Both the position numbers and the translations under genes were made by a program. The notes beneath the pieces are model-generated. The model saw nothing but the letters and a program-made list of their open reading frames with translations, was not told the origin of the DNA and ran no database searches. Source: an uncultured Deferribacteres bacterium (lineage in GTDB: Bacteria > Zhuqueibacterota > Zhuqueibacteria > Zhuqueibacterales > Geothermadaptataceae). From it: a DNA stretch of 45,924 bases. The stretch is from assembly GCA_964014485.1 (NCBI GenBank), contig CAXHAT010000041.1, positions 1 to 45,924 on the forward strand, read 5' to 3'. Shown here piece after piece: positions 35,142-45,494 of this stretch (positions are counted from its first letter, which is position 1; each line of letters starts with the position of its first letter).

Positions 35142-38006
35142 TCATTCTTCAGTAATGTAAAACGCTTCGTCAACAGGACGTAGTGGCCGCGCAAACCATA
35201 GCGGTCGGCGTAGACCGTCTGGGCCGGGAGCCGGGCGCGTCATTGCGAGCCATTCTTTATAAATTTCGTGTGATTTGTTGGTGTCCACCATGATGTCGCC
35301 GTAATTGTCGCCGGGATGCGCTTTTTCGATGCGCACACGCTGGTGCCAGCAGTGCATACCGCTGATCGGATCGGGATGCACCGCGTGCGTGATATTCTGG
35401 TGTACGCCGCCGTCGCTCCAAAATACGCGTTTGGAGTCGCTGTCATCGCTTTTGAACGGCCGCACGCCGTCGAGCGTTTTCATCAGCCATTTTCCGTCGC
35501 CGGTATTTTCAATATTCACCGTGTTGGTCGCCCAACGATTGCCGATTTTATCCTGCGCCCGCCGCCAGCGGCCAATGTGATGCGAACAAACGACCACGCC
35601 CGGCTTGATCCCCTCGGTCACCCAGACTTTGTCCACAAAATAGCCGATGTCCGTATTTAGCCGCAACAGATCGCCGGTCTTAATGCCAAAGCGGGCTGCG
35701 TCGGAAGTGTGCATCCAAATTGGATTGCGGTGCGCGATTTCGACCAGCCACTTGGCGTTGCCTGAACGAGAATGGATCAAATTCGGCAGACGGAAAGTTG
35801 GCAGCAGCGGGAATTCGCCGTTTTCTCGGTCGAGCTTTTCCTCGTGAATATGGCTCTTGATGTAAGTCGGGATGGTGTATTCCGGCCAGCCCCAGTCGAC
35901 CATCGTCTGTGAAAACAACTCTTGCTTGCGCGAAGGCGTCGGAAATCCAGCGAATGCTTGACCATTCACTTCAACGCCGAGCACGGCGCCGTTTTTTCGA
36001 ATTAGGCCGCTTTCAGCATCGACCTCAGCGTCTTTAATCGCTTCGTCACTCAATTTTGAAACGTGCTTTTGGTAAGACGTTTTTTCAACTTCAAACGCGC
36101 CGTATTTTCGCATGTAATCCAGCGGGGTCAATCCCTCTTCTTTCGCTGTTTCCGGCAAGCCTGCCGTCCGCTCAAAAATGTACTGGTAGTACTCGTCGAT
36201 GGTGATTTTTTCACCATCACGATAAGGCGAGATGAAGTGTTTGCGAATTCCCAAATCGCCGTCCGGATCGATGCGCCAGGACAATTCGATCCAAAACTCG
36301 TCCTCTTCCCAAACCTCGCCGGGATTGGCTTCATAAGTAAATTCCACCGGTCTGCCCGCGCGCCGCGCCGCTTCGCGCAAAACCGGCTGGCGGAAGGCGA
36401 TCCACATGCCGGAATGCGTTTCATAACTGATGACGTCATGGCGTTCGGAAGCGTGCCCCATTGGCAGAACGTAATCGGCGTAATAGGCGGTTTCGCTCCA
36501 AGTCGGCGTCAGTGCAACGTGCAGCTCGACCTTTTCTTCGTCGCCCAATGCTTCCATCCAGGTGAAGCCGTCCGGGTACGTCCAAATTGGGTTGAAGACG
36601 CGGGTAAAATAGGTATCGAGCTTGCCGCGCCCTTCCTTGAGAAAATGCGGCAAAAGAAAACTCATTTCGAAAAACGAGAGCGGGTATTCTTGCGGGAAAT
36701 TCAATTCATTCCAAAATTTCTGCGCCGGCGGCTTGTCGAAAACGTCGGGCTTAAACTTGTTCCAGGCGCTCGGCGACGTCCCGCCGACTGTGCCTACGCT
36801 GCCAGTGAGCACGTTGAGAAAATGCAGCGCCCTCGAAACCGCCCAGCCGCCAAGATTGCCGCTGCTTGCCGCACGCCAATTATGCGTCGCGAATCTTTTG
36901 CCTGCACGACCGATCTCGCGCGCCACTTGAATGATCGTCTCAGTCGGAACGCCCGTTTCCTTTTCTGCGAATTCCGGCGTGTATTCTTTGTATTCTTCAC
37001 GCAGAGCGGCGATAAAATTGTCGAACGTCATTTCCGTTTCGCCGTGACGCGCTTTCATGAACGCCCGCCAATTAACCCAATCGTGCAGAAATTCGCGGTT
37101 GTAGAGATTTTCTTCTAAAATGATCTTGGCCATTGCTAAAAGCGCGGCCGCTTCGGAGCCGGGATAAGTCGGCATCCAATAATTCGCCATGCTCGCAGTG
37201 TTCGAAAGTCTTGGATCCATCACCGCCAGCTTGGCGCCGTTCATCATCCCTTCGATGATGCGCTGGGCGTGGGGGTTAAAATAGTGACCGGATTCGAGGT
37301 GAGCGCTAATCAACAAAATAAAATCGGCGTTGGCGTGATCCGGCGAAGGGCGGTCGAAACCGTGCCACAGTGCGTAGCCAAAACGCGCCCCGGCGGAACA
37401 AACGTTGGTGTGGCTGTTGTGTCCGTCAACGCCCCAGGATTGCAAAATGCGATCTATGTAGCCCTCGTGTCCCGGTCTGCCGACGTGGTAGACAATTTCG
37501 TTGTTGCGCTCCTCTTGCAATGCCTTGCGTATGCGTCCGGCAATGTCTTGCAACGCTTCTTCCCACGAAACGCGCTCCCATTTTCCTTCGCCGCGCTTGC
37601 CGACGCGCTTTTGCGGGTAGAGAACCCGATCCGGATCGTTGATCTGGTTGATTGTCGCCGGGCCTTTGGCGCAGTTCCGTCCGCGACTGCCGGGGTGGTA
37701 CGGATTGCCCTCGAATTTGCGCACCTGATTTGTCTCTTTGTCAACGTAAGCCAGCAGCCCGCACCCGGCTTCGCAATTAAAGCAGTTGGTCGGCACGATC
37801 ATGTAATTCTTTTTCTCTCGCAATGGCCATGCTTTAGCTTCATATTCAGTCCAATCATCCCATTGCTCCGGCGGCGGGTAATCCGTCAACTTTCCGGGTT
37901 CCTGCAAGGAAGGCAAGCCGTCGTCAAAGTCGTTCTTTAGATCAGGAATCAAGCGTAATTTTTCGGCAATTTTTTCAACAAAAGACGGGGCGGGTTGCTG
38001 AGACAT
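35142..38006 (-). CDS. Molybdopterin-dependent oxidoreductase catalytic subunit (DMSO reductase superfamily), no Tat signal
   Basis: CFNCEAGC...NCAKG 4Fe-4S motif, HTNVCS, DPRLSNTA, ADYVLP, IHSRSGN C-terminal dinucleotide-binding domain. Confidence 0.9.
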   Translation of the reverse strand: MSQQPAPSFVEKIAEKLRLIPDLKNDFDDGLPSLQEPGKLTDYPPPEQWDDWTEYEAKAWPLREKKNYMIVPTNCFNCEAGCGLLAYVDKETNQVRKFEGNPYHPGSRGRNCAKGPATINQINDPDRVLYPQKRVGKRGEGKWERVSWEEALQDIAGRIRKALQEERNNEIVYHVGRPGHEGYIDRILQSWGVDGHNSHTNVCSAGARFGYALWHGFDRPSPDHANADFILLISAHLESGHYFNPHAQRIIEGMMNGAKLAVMDPRLSNTASMANYWMPTYPGSEAAALLAMAKIILEENLYNREFLHDWVNWRAFMKARHGETEMTFDNFIAALREEYKEYTPEFAEKETGVPTETIIQVAREIGRAGKRFATHNWRAASSGNLGGWAVSRALHFLNVLTGSVGTVGGTSPSAWNKFKPDVFDKPPAQKFWNELNFPQEYPLSFFEMSFLLPHFLKEGRGKLDTYFTRVFNPIWTYPDGFTWMEALGDEEKVELHVALTPTWSETAYYADYVLPMGHASERHDVISYETHSGMWIAFRQPVLREAARRAGRPVEFTYEANPGEVWEEDEFWIELSWRIDPDGDLGIRKHFISPYRDGEKITIDEYYQYIFERTAGLPETAKEEGLTPLDYMRKYGAFEVEKTSYQKHVSKLSDEAIKDAEVDAESGLIRKNGAVLGVEVNGQAFAGFPTPSRKQELFSQTMVDWGWPEYTIPTYIKSHIHEEKLDRENGEFPLLPTFRLPNLIHSRSGNAKWLVEIAHRNPIWMHTSDAARFGIKTGDLLRLNTDIGYFVDKVWVTEGIKPGVVVCSHHIGRWRRAQDKIGNRWATNTVNIENTGDGKWLMKTLDGVRPFKSDDSDSKRVFWSDGGVHQNITHAVHPDPISGMHCWHQRVRIEKAHPGDNYGDIMVDTNKSHEIYKEWLAMTRPAPGPDGLRRPLWFARPLRPVDEAFYITEE

Positions 38007-38194
38007 CTTCCCTCCGATCTGGCGATTGGGTTAGAATTTTTTGAGTAATAAACGAGCGTAACCGGTTGCTGCAGATTCTATGGCAAAGTTGAAGTGGTTG
38101 AGCGTGCATGAAAGTGAATATACTCTAACACACTTCTTTTGAAATTCGTTTTTTTGAGTAGTTTTTCATTGTTCAAAACTATCTGGATCTATGA

Positions 38195-38370
38195 AAATTT
38201 CCAAGCGACGAAAGCCCAATGATTCAAATGCATCGTTGCAAGAAAGCGCAATTCCAGGAGCAAAAACTAGAACTTGGTTCATAGGCGTGTACTATGAAGT
38301 GCCGGGGTTGGAAGTTGAAATTTGAGGTTTAGTTGGAAATTGGTGCGTGAGATTTGAAGTTTCTGATTTG
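38195..38370. repeat. Degenerate inverted element with ~7-nt period (family F-like)
   Basis: G/T-rich TTGGAAGTTGAAATTTGAGGTTTAGTTGGAAATTGG arm with a weaker A/C-rich partner upstream. Confidence 0.4.
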
Positions 38371-38385
38371 CTCTGATCAGGCGTT

Positions 38386-39711
38386 TCAATTCTGATTAAT
38401 TTTCAGACCGCCTGTCAAACGCTCCATTTCCGCGCGAGTTAATCTAGCCTGAAATCTTGCCGAAATAAGCGTGGTTTGCGCACGATTGAGGCTCACCTGA
38501 GCGTCGCGAAATTCAATGGAGCTGGACGCGCCAATCTGATAGCGATCTTGCTGTAGTTGTAAATTCTGCCGCGCCGCAACGACGTTATCTTCCTCAAGGC
38601 GCACAAGCTCCATCTGTTTCCGGAAGGTCACAAACGTCTCGGCGATCACTCCCGCCAAGCGGTTCTTGAAATCATCGAGAGCGAGTTGCTGGTTTTCAGC
38701 CTCTATTCGCGCATTTTGTAAATCAATGCGATTGCGGAAGCCGTTGAACAGGTTGAACGACAGCGTTAGCCCTACCGATTTGTCGGTGCTGTTTGTGGTA
38801 ATGTCTTCCGGAAACTGTTCACTCTCGCTGGAAGTGGTTCGGTCTGAGCGGCCGTAAGCGGCGTTGAAAGATAGTTGCGGGAAAAAAGCGGAGCGCGCGA
38901 TTTTGACGTCTTGTTCGGCGATTTTGCGGTTTTGCAACGCCGCCAGCAGTTCGCTGTTTCGTTCTTCCGCTCGCGTGAGCAATTCATTTAAAGGCAAAGA
39001 AAATGGTTCAACCTCAATTTCTTTCTTCACTGAAATTGGCGTTTGCGGATCGCGGCCAAGCGCGATATTCAACTCCTTGCGTGCGATTTCTAGCTGCAAT
39101 TCCTGATTGATTAATGCCGCTGCGTCAGCGTTGTAAGCAACTTGTGCATTCAAAAGATCGGTGGATGATGCGCCGCCGATTTCATTGCGCACTTTTTCCT
39201 TTTCGAGCCTTGCCTCTGAAACCGCCCGCGAATTCCTTACGACCTCAGTCAATTGCTCCTGTTGAACGACATTGAAATAAGCCTGCAAAACACCGACGAC
39301 TGTGTTTTCGATCAGACTGCGCGCCTGAAACTCCCCCAGCTTTGCCAGTGCTTGAAAACGCTTGTTATCGACGAACATGCGAAAGCCGTCGAACAACGTC
39401 CAATTCAGACTGAGCTGGCCATTGAGCGTTTTCGTGTCTGATGCGCCAAAACTAAACGGAGAATTGGTTTCTTGGTCGGATTGATTAAATGAATAGCCGC
39501 CGGAGGCGTCGAGAGACGGCAGGAAATTCGCCGTGCCGAGTCCGGCGTTGTTCTCAGCGATTTTCGCGTTATTACGCGCGATCTGAATGTCAAAATTTTT
39601 CTTCAATCCCAAACGCACGGCTTCTTCCGCCGTCATTTCCGTTTGCCCATGAGCTTGAGCCGCAAGAACAAATAATAGCGAAAGATGTGCTTTTTTCAAG
39701 AATCGAATCAT
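38386..39711 (-). CDS. TolC-family outer membrane efflux protein
   Basis: Signal peptide, NFLPSLD, LNWTLFDGF, FFPQLSF, FNLFNGF, RYQIGASSSIEFRDAQ. Confidence 0.92.
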   Translation of the reverse strand: MIRFLKKAHLSLLFVLAAQAHGQTEMTAEEAVRLGLKKNFDIQIARNNAKIAENNAGLGTANFLPSLDASGGYSFNQSDQETNSPFSFGASDTKTLNGQLSLNWTLFDGFRMFVDNKRFQALAKLGEFQARSLIENTVVGVLQAYFNVVQQEQLTEVVRNSRAVSEARLEKEKVRNEIGGASSTDLLNAQVAYNADAAALINQELQLEIARKELNIALGRDPQTPISVKKEIEVEPFSLPLNELLTRAEERNSELLAALQNRKIAEQDVKIARSAFFPQLSFNAAYGRSDRTTSSESEQFPEDITTNSTDKSVGLTLSFNLFNGFRNRIDLQNARIEAENQQLALDDFKNRLAGVIAETFVTFRKQMELVRLEEDNVVAARQNLQLQQDRYQIGASSSIEFRDAQVSLNRAQTTLISARFQARLTRAEMERLTGGLKINQN

Positions 39712-39868
39712 TCCTCAAACCCTGATATTGAAACGTATAGCAGCGTTTCGACGTTGATGAATACTAAAAATCGTCTGGTCATACTTTGCACAAAAAGAAC
39801 CTTGCGAGCAGCAAAGCGCTTTCGTATGTTTTATTATATGGAGAACTTTCTTAACAGGAAAATGCTCA

Positions 39869-40234
39869 ATGTCACAACAATTTACGCTCAAAGTTTCAGA
39901 TCGGGTCGTGAATAATGCACAGTATGCGGCTGCTCATGGCAGCCGTGACATCGAAGAAATTTTATCATCATGGCTGGAAAAACTGGCCGGCGAGTTGCCG
40001 GTCGATGAATTGCCCGATGATGAAGTGCTGAAACTCACACGCTTGCGTCTTTCTGGTGAACAGGAAAAAAAAATGAACGAGTTGCTTCTCCTTAATCAAG
40101 AGAATGCTTTAAGTGACCAAAAAGGACGTGAGTTAGATGAATTGATGCGAATTTACGAGCGTGGATTGCTGCGTAAAGCGCAGGCGCTGCGAGTTGCCGT
40201 CCAGCGCGGGCTGCGTGAACCGCTGCAATCATGA
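39869..40234 (+). CDS. Hypothetical protein, putative antitoxin partner of the HNH nuclease
   Basis: RHH-like N-terminus (QFTLKVSDRV), helical C-terminus LLRKAQAL; ATGA overlap with the HNH gene. Confidence 0.7.
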   Translation: MSQQFTLKVSDRVVNNAQYAAAHGSRDIEEILSSWLEKLAGELPVDELPDDEVLKLTRLRLSGEQEKKMNELLLLNQENALSDQKGRELDELMRIYERGLLRKAQALRVAVQRGLREPLQS

Positions 40235-40656
40235 GCAAATCTGATCAGCTGTCGAAAATCCATCGACGTATCAGAGCCGAAGCGCATCATCGCTGCGGCT
40301 ACTGCTTGAGTCCGCAAAAATACGTTATGGCAAAGCTGGAAATAGAGCATATCATTCCGCGTTCACGCGGCGGCAGTGACAATGAAAGCAATCTTTGGCT
40401 GGCTTGCAGTCTATGTAATCGTTACAAAGGTTCGCAAATTTCCGTTCTCGATCCTTCCAGTAATTCGACAGTCTCTCTTTTCAATCCAAACACGCAAATA
40501 TGGGGCGAACATTTTTCCTGGACCTTGGACGGCGTAAGAATTATTGGCTTAACGCCCACAGGCCGCGCCACTGTTAAAGCCTTGCAACTCAACAACGAGT
40601 TGGCTGTCGAGGTTCGACGAAACTGGGTTCTCGCCGGCTGGCATCCGCCCGAGTAG
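40231..40656 (+). CDS. HNH endonuclease
   Basis: RCGYC, EIEHIIPRSRGG, NLWLACSLCNRYKG, LFNP, GLTPTGRATV..LQLN. Confidence 0.92.
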   Translation: MSKSDQLSKIHRRIRAEAHHRCGYCLSPQKYVMAKLEIEHIIPRSRGGSDNESNLWLACSLCNRYKGSQISVLDPSSNSTVSLFNPNTQIWGEHFSWTLDGVRIIGLTPTGRATVKALQLNNELAVEVRRNWVLAGWHPPE

Positions 40657-40671
40657 AGCATGCAAAATATA

Positions 40672-43600
40672 CTATTTCCCTTCAACTAACAGTCCCGCCG
40701 TCGCCTTTTCCAATTCCTTCACTGCAGGTTCGACAAGCTCCGGCGTTGATTTTCTGCGCAACATTCTCGCCGCCCCAATCCTGATACGATTCAAAATCAA
40801 ATAGCTCGCAGGCAGAACGAGCAGCAACAAGAAGGTTCCAAACAACAGCCCGTATGCCACAGCGACGGCCATGGGAATGAGAAATTGCGCCTGGCGGCTG
40901 CCTTCAAGAATCATCGGCGCAAGCCCGGCGAAAGTGGTGAACGAGGTGAGAATGATTGGGCGCAAACGCGCGAGCCCGGCATTGAAAACTGCGTCGTAAA
41001 CTTTCATTCCGCTGCGCAAATTGCGGTTGATTTGGTCGATAAAAACGATGCTGTCGTTGATGATGATGCCGGAAAGCGCGATCAAGCCGTACGTCGAAAG
41101 CGAATTGAGTTGGATGCCAAGAATGCCGTGCCCCCAAATTGCGCCCAGAAAACCGAATGGAATGAGCCCGAAGACCAAAAACGCTTGCAACGGCGAGCGA
41201 AAAACCAGCGTAACCAGGATGAACATCATTAGCATCGCCACCCCAAAAGCTTGCCCCATCGACTCGTTCGTGCGCGCCTGACTGCGTGATTGCCCCTCGT
41301 AGGAAACAGTCACACCATCAACTTGGGACAAGATGCGCGGCACGATCACTTCCTGGATTTCCGTCAAAATCGGCGGCAAATCGTCCTCGACATTTGCCTG
41401 ATTGGCTTCGATGCGCACTTCCCGCCGGTTATCCAAATGGTTGATTTGCGTCAAGCCGCGTTGGATTTCGTAGTCGGCCAATTCAGAAAACGGGTACTCT
41501 GCGCCGTCGGGCGTTCGGATGCGCATGCGCTCAAGATAGCCCAGCGAAGCGCGATCTTCTTCTCGGTAGCGCACCCAGACGCGAATCTCGTCACGGCCGC
41601 GCTGAATGCGCTGTACTTCTTCGCCAAAAAAACCTTGCCTAACTTGCCCTGCAACGTCGCGCAGCGTCAGCCCTAACGCGTGAGCGCGCGGCTTCAAGGC
41701 TATGTCAATTTCCCGCCGGCCTTCCTGGTTCGAATCGGTGATGTCTTTCACTTTGTCCATGTTCACCAATTCATTTATCAGCAAATCGCGCGCTTCATTG
41801 AGCTGTTCGAAATCATTGGAAAGCAGGCTGATGGAAATCGCTTTGCCAAAAAAGCCTTGCGTGCCGAAGGACATTTTTTGCACTTCCGGCAACGGACCGG
41901 TTTTGGCGCGCACCATGTTGGCGATTTTAAACGTTTCGAGGTTTCGCACTTCGCCGTCCAGCAAATGCAGCGAAATTTTTCCGGCGTGACTGCCGACGTC
42001 ACCCAAATCATTGCGGCCAATTTCGCGCTGAACGCCGATAATGACGTCCTTATTGTCCGGTCGTTGTTCTTTTAAATCTTCATTGACTTGACGCGCGGCC
42101 AGTTCGATTTTTTCCAGCAACCGATTCGTGTCCTGCTCCTGTCGTCCCGCCACGAGCGAGGCGTTGATAAAAACTACGTCGGTGTCGATAAACGGAAAAA
42201 ACGTCGCGCCGATAAAGCCGCCGCGCAGCAAGCCGATGGTCACGAAAACCAGCGCCACCGGCGTGATCACCGTAACCCACTTGTTGTTCATCGCCACGCG
42301 CAGCGAAGGCGCGTAAAGACGATGGGTGAGAAAATCGATGGCCGCGTCGAGCTTTTTGCGGATCGGCGAGTCTTTCTCCTTGGCGTGCAAACCTTTCGAA
42401 TGCGCCAGGTGGGCAGGTAAAACCAGAAACGCCTCTACCAGCGAAAAGAACAACGCCGCAATCACAACCAGCGCCATTTGCCAGATAAATTTCCCCAAAA
42501 ATCCGGCAATAAAAAAGTAAGGCGTGAATGCAATCATCGTCGTCGTCACGGAAGTAAAAACCGGCCCGAGCATCTCGTTCGTACCGTCGATGGCGGCCTG
42601 CACCGCGCCTTTGCCGCGCTCGTAATGCGCGTAAATGTTTTCTCCGACGACAATCGCGTCATCCACCAAAATCCCGATGACGATGATCATGCCGAAGGTT
42701 GAGATGACGTTGACCGTAATGCCGTAGATCGACGCGACGATGAACATGCCGGCAAACGAAAACGGAATGCCGATGGACACCCAAAAAGACAGGCGCATGT
42801 TCATAAACAATCCAACGATGCAGATGACGAGAATAAGTCCGACCAAACCATTCTGCGCGAACAACTTGAGGCGCGAATCGATGGTCTCAGCGTTGTCATT
42901 CACGGTCATCGCCTGGATTTGCGGATGCCGAGCGTTGAAATCGTCCAGGATCACTTGGGTCACTTCAACGACTTTGAGCACGCTCTCGTCGAGCGTTTTG
43001 TTAACGTCGAGAATAAGCGCCGAGCGGTCGTCGAACCAAACTTTGTCAGGCACGTCCTCCCATTGTTCACGGATTGCAGCCACGTCTTTGAGATAAACCA
43101 CCGTTCCGTCGCTCTCGCTGCGGAGAACAAGATTTTCCAACTCGCGCGCCTGGTAATTGCGGCCGTAAGCGCGAATGAGAATTTCTTCGTCGCGCGTCTC
43201 AAATTTTCCGCCGGAAATATTGATATTGGCGTTGCGAACCGCATTGGCGATCTCGTTGAAAGTCAATTGATAGCGTCGCAAATTCGCTTCGGAAGCTTCG
43301 ATGGAAATCTCAAGATCGGGCAAGCCAAGAATGTCGATTTGGGAAATTTCGGGCGTGGCCAAAAGCTCGTCGCGCAGTTCTTCAGTGACGGTTTTGAGAT
43401 TGTAGAGATCGGTTTCGCCGTAAACGATAATGTTCACCGCTTCGCCAAGAGCGGGCTGCTTGAAAATGATCGGCTTCTCGGCGCCCAGCGGAAACGCACT
43501 GATTTGGTCGACCGCATTGTTGACGTCCGACAAAACCTGATCGATGTCAGCATCTTCGAGAATCTCAATGCTGACGGTCGCCATGTTCTCCTGACTGGTT

Positions 43601-43848
43601 GAAGTGACGCGATCGATGCCCTCGAGTCCGTCGAGGTTTTCCTCGATTTTGAGCACGACGCCTTCTTCAACTTCTTCAGGAGACGCCCCTGGAAACGGGA
43701 CGTTGACAAAAATGAAACTTGGCGGCACTTCAGGGAAGGCGGAGTAATTCATGCGCCCAAAGAAAACGATCCCAAACGCGAAGATGCTGATCATCAACAC
43801 GTTTGTCCAGATCGGGTACCGGATAAAGAAAGCGACGATTTTTTTCAT
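40672..43848 (-). CDS. RND efflux permease (AcrB/AcrD/AcrF family)
   Basis: FPGASPEEVE, GILVDDAIVVGENI, GIIINDSIV, RLRPIILTSFTT. Confidence 0.95.
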   Translation of the reverse strand: MKKIVAFFIRYPIWTNVLMISIFAFGIVFFGRMNYSAFPEVPPSFIFVNVPFPGASPEEVEEGVVLKIEENLDGLEGIDRVTSTSQENMATVSIEILEDADIDQVLSDVNNAVDQISAFPLGAEKPIIFKQPALGEAVNIIVYGETDLYNLKTVTEELRDELLATPEISQIDILGLPDLEISIEASEANLRRYQLTFNEIANAVRNANINISGGKFETRDEEILIRAYGRNYQARELENLVLRSESDGTVVYLKDVAAIREQWEDVPDKVWFDDRSALILDVNKTLDESVLKVVEVTQVILDDFNARHPQIQAMTVNDNAETIDSRLKLFAQNGLVGLILVICIVGLFMNMRLSFWVSIGIPFSFAGMFIVASIYGITVNVISTFGMIIVIGILVDDAIVVGENIYAHYERGKGAVQAAIDGTNEMLGPVFTSVTTTMIAFTPYFFIAGFLGKFIWQMALVVIAALFFSLVEAFLVLPAHLAHSKGLHAKEKDSPIRKKLDAAIDFLTHRLYAPSLRVAMNNKWVTVITPVALVFVTIGLLRGGFIGATFFPFIDTDVVFINASLVAGRQEQDTNRLLEKIELAARQVNEDLKEQRPDNKDVIIGVQREIGRNDLGDVGSHAGKISLHLLDGEVRNLETFKIANMVRAKTGPLPEVQKMSFGTQGFFGKAISISLLSNDFEQLNEARDLLINELVNMDKVKDITDSNQEGRREIDIALKPRAHALGLTLRDVAGQVRQGFFGEEVQRIQRGRDEIRVWVRYREEDRASLGYLERMRIRTPDGAEYPFSELADYEIQRGLTQINHLDNRREVRIEANQANVEDDLPPILTEIQEVIVPRILSQVDGVTVSYEGQSRSQARTNESMGQAFGVAMLMMFILVTLVFRSPLQAFLVFGLIPFGFLGAIWGHGILGIQLNSLSTYGLIALSGIIINDSIVFIDQINRNLRSGMKVYDAVFNAGLARLRPIILTSFTTFAGLAPMILEGSRQAQFLIPMAVAVAYGLLFGTFLLLLVLPASYLILNRIRIGAARMLRRKSTPELVEPAVKELEKATAGLLVEGK

Positions 43849-44990
43849 GGCTGCGCCTCGTCGTTGCTCGCAATAATATTTGCCTGCGCTTTCATTCCCG
43901 GCGCTACGCCTTGTAAAATGCTCACAACAAGCGTATCCCCCGCCGCCAGCCCGCCGTCGACGATCACCGTTTCGGTTTCCTTGCGTGCAATGTCGACGGT
44001 CTGATAATGCAAACGACCGTTTTTCACCAGATAAACATTGCGTTCTTCGTAGATGGCGCTCTGCGGGATAACCGCCGCATCGCCGATGGGCTTGCCGATT
44101 ATTTCAGCACGCAAAAACAGGCCGTTGTAAAGACCGCTTCGACGTTTGCCGCCAAGCGTGACAAAAACCGGCGCGGTCTGCGTTCGGTCGTCGATATAGC
44201 CGCCGACGCGCGTGATCCGCCCCGTCCACTCGCCCGCCAATTCAGACGAGGTGAGCTTAACCGGAACGGAGCGGTCGAGCCATTGCAATTCCTGGGTTTG
44301 CACCGGCAGTTCCACCTCGAGCTTTTCCAAATTGATAATTTCGCCTAGCCGCGTACCAACGCGGGTGGTCGAACCGGCGCGGAGATCGGTTGCTAAAATC
44401 TCGCCGTCGAAAGGCGCTGTGATGAAATGCTTGTCCAGCAGAATTTCAAGGTTTCTGGCGTTAAAATAGAGCTTGTAAACGTCAAACCGGGACAGGAAAA
44501 GCTTGATTTTTGGGTTCCCGGCAGCAGGCAACTCGGCGAGTTCACGGTCAAAACTGGTGCTGTCAAAATACCTTTGCCAGATTTCGTATTCGATAGGAAA
44601 ATCCACTTTAATTTCCGGCAAAACGGAAGCCAGTGCATTGAGCAATTCACTCTTGGCGCTGTTGACGTTGAGTCGTGCTTGCCGGTCATCAATTTCGAGC
44701 AGCACAGCGCCCTTTTTGAATGTTTGTCCTGGCAGGAACGCCACAGCGCCGGGCTGCAATTCGCCAGCAACTTCGCTGTAAAGCTGAACCGGCTGTTCGG
44801 AAGCCAGTCTGCCGTAAGCAACGATTCGTGAGCGTACTTCGGCGAGTTCAACGACGCGCGCTTCAACAATTTTTGTGGCTGGCGGCGGGGCCTGACGCGG
44901 TTCGTCTTCGCCAAAACGGGACAACGCTTGCATGACGAAAAAGCCAATGAGCAGGATCGCTATAGGAATTATAAATTTGATGATTTTCAT
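43845..44990 (-). CDS. RND membrane fusion (periplasmic adaptor) protein
   Basis: N-terminal TM anchor, SEVAGEL, ITAPFDG, IDDRTQT, IPQSAI; ATGA overlap with the RND gene. Confidence 0.92.
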   Translation of the reverse strand: MKIIKFIIPIAILLIGFFVMQALSRFGEDEPRQAPPPATKIVEARVVELAEVRSRIVAYGRLASEQPVQLYSEVAGELQPGAVAFLPGQTFKKGAVLLEIDDRQARLNVNSAKSELLNALASVLPEIKVDFPIEYEIWQRYFDSTSFDRELAELPAAGNPKIKLFLSRFDVYKLYFNARNLEILLDKHFITAPFDGEILATDLRAGSTTRVGTRLGEIINLEKLEVELPVQTQELQWLDRSVPVKLTSSELAGEWTGRITRVGGYIDDRTQTAPVFVTLGGKRRSGLYNGLFLRAEIIGKPIGDAAVIPQSAIYEERNVYLVKNGRLHYQTVDIARKETETVIVDGGLAAGDTLVVSILQGVAPGMKAQANIIASNDEAQP

Positions 44991-45235
44991 TGAGATTTTG
45001 CGCCTGATTTCTTGAAAAATTCTGAGCTGAAGTGCGGAAATATAAACACTTCGCGCCGGAGGTTCAAGGTGCGAGTCACGAGAAATGCTATGTGAGAATA
45101 GTGGAGACGTTGTGGAAGGCGACTAAAGTTTTTCAGAAAGTAGCATTCGTTTTCAACTTCTCGTACTTTTCTTTTGAATTTGATGATGTAGCGTGCTACT
45201 TTTCCAGCGTGAAGGGTACAATTTAAAACGATCTC

Positions 45236-45490
45236 ATGGAGAATCGATTGATGTCAAAACCCCTCGACCGGATATTAATTGATCCTGAAATTTGTATGGG
45301 GCAGCCTACTATTCGCGGCTCGCGAATCACCGTCTCTTTCGTCCTTAAGTTGATGGCTTCAGGAATGCGTCATGAAGAAATTCTGGCAGCTTATCCAGAG
45401 CTTGAAGAAGCCGATATTCTTCAAGCGATTGATTACGCAGCCTGGCTTGCCAGCGAATCCCATCGCCCTTTCAAAGTGGCGGCGGCATAG
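45236..45490 (+). CDS. DUF433 antitoxin
   Basis: RILIDPEICMGQPTIRGSRITV...ILAAYPELEEADILQAIDYAA. Confidence 0.92.
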   Translation: MENRLMSKPLDRILIDPEICMGQPTIRGSRITVSFVLKLMASGMRHEEILAAYPELEEADILQAIDYAAWLASESHRPFKVAAA

Positions 45491-45494
45491 CTAA

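Noticed and set aside
36063..37118. 351-aa plus-strand ORF
   Set aside because: Antisense shadow of the molybdopterin oxidoreductase.
35142..38006. Selenocysteine-containing formate dehydrogenase
   Set aside because: No in-frame TGA and no FDH-type C/U-H motif at the ligand position.
38069..38086. Sigma54 promoter upstream of the oxidoreductase (TGCCATAGAATCTGCA)
   Set aside because: It lacks the invariant GG at -24.
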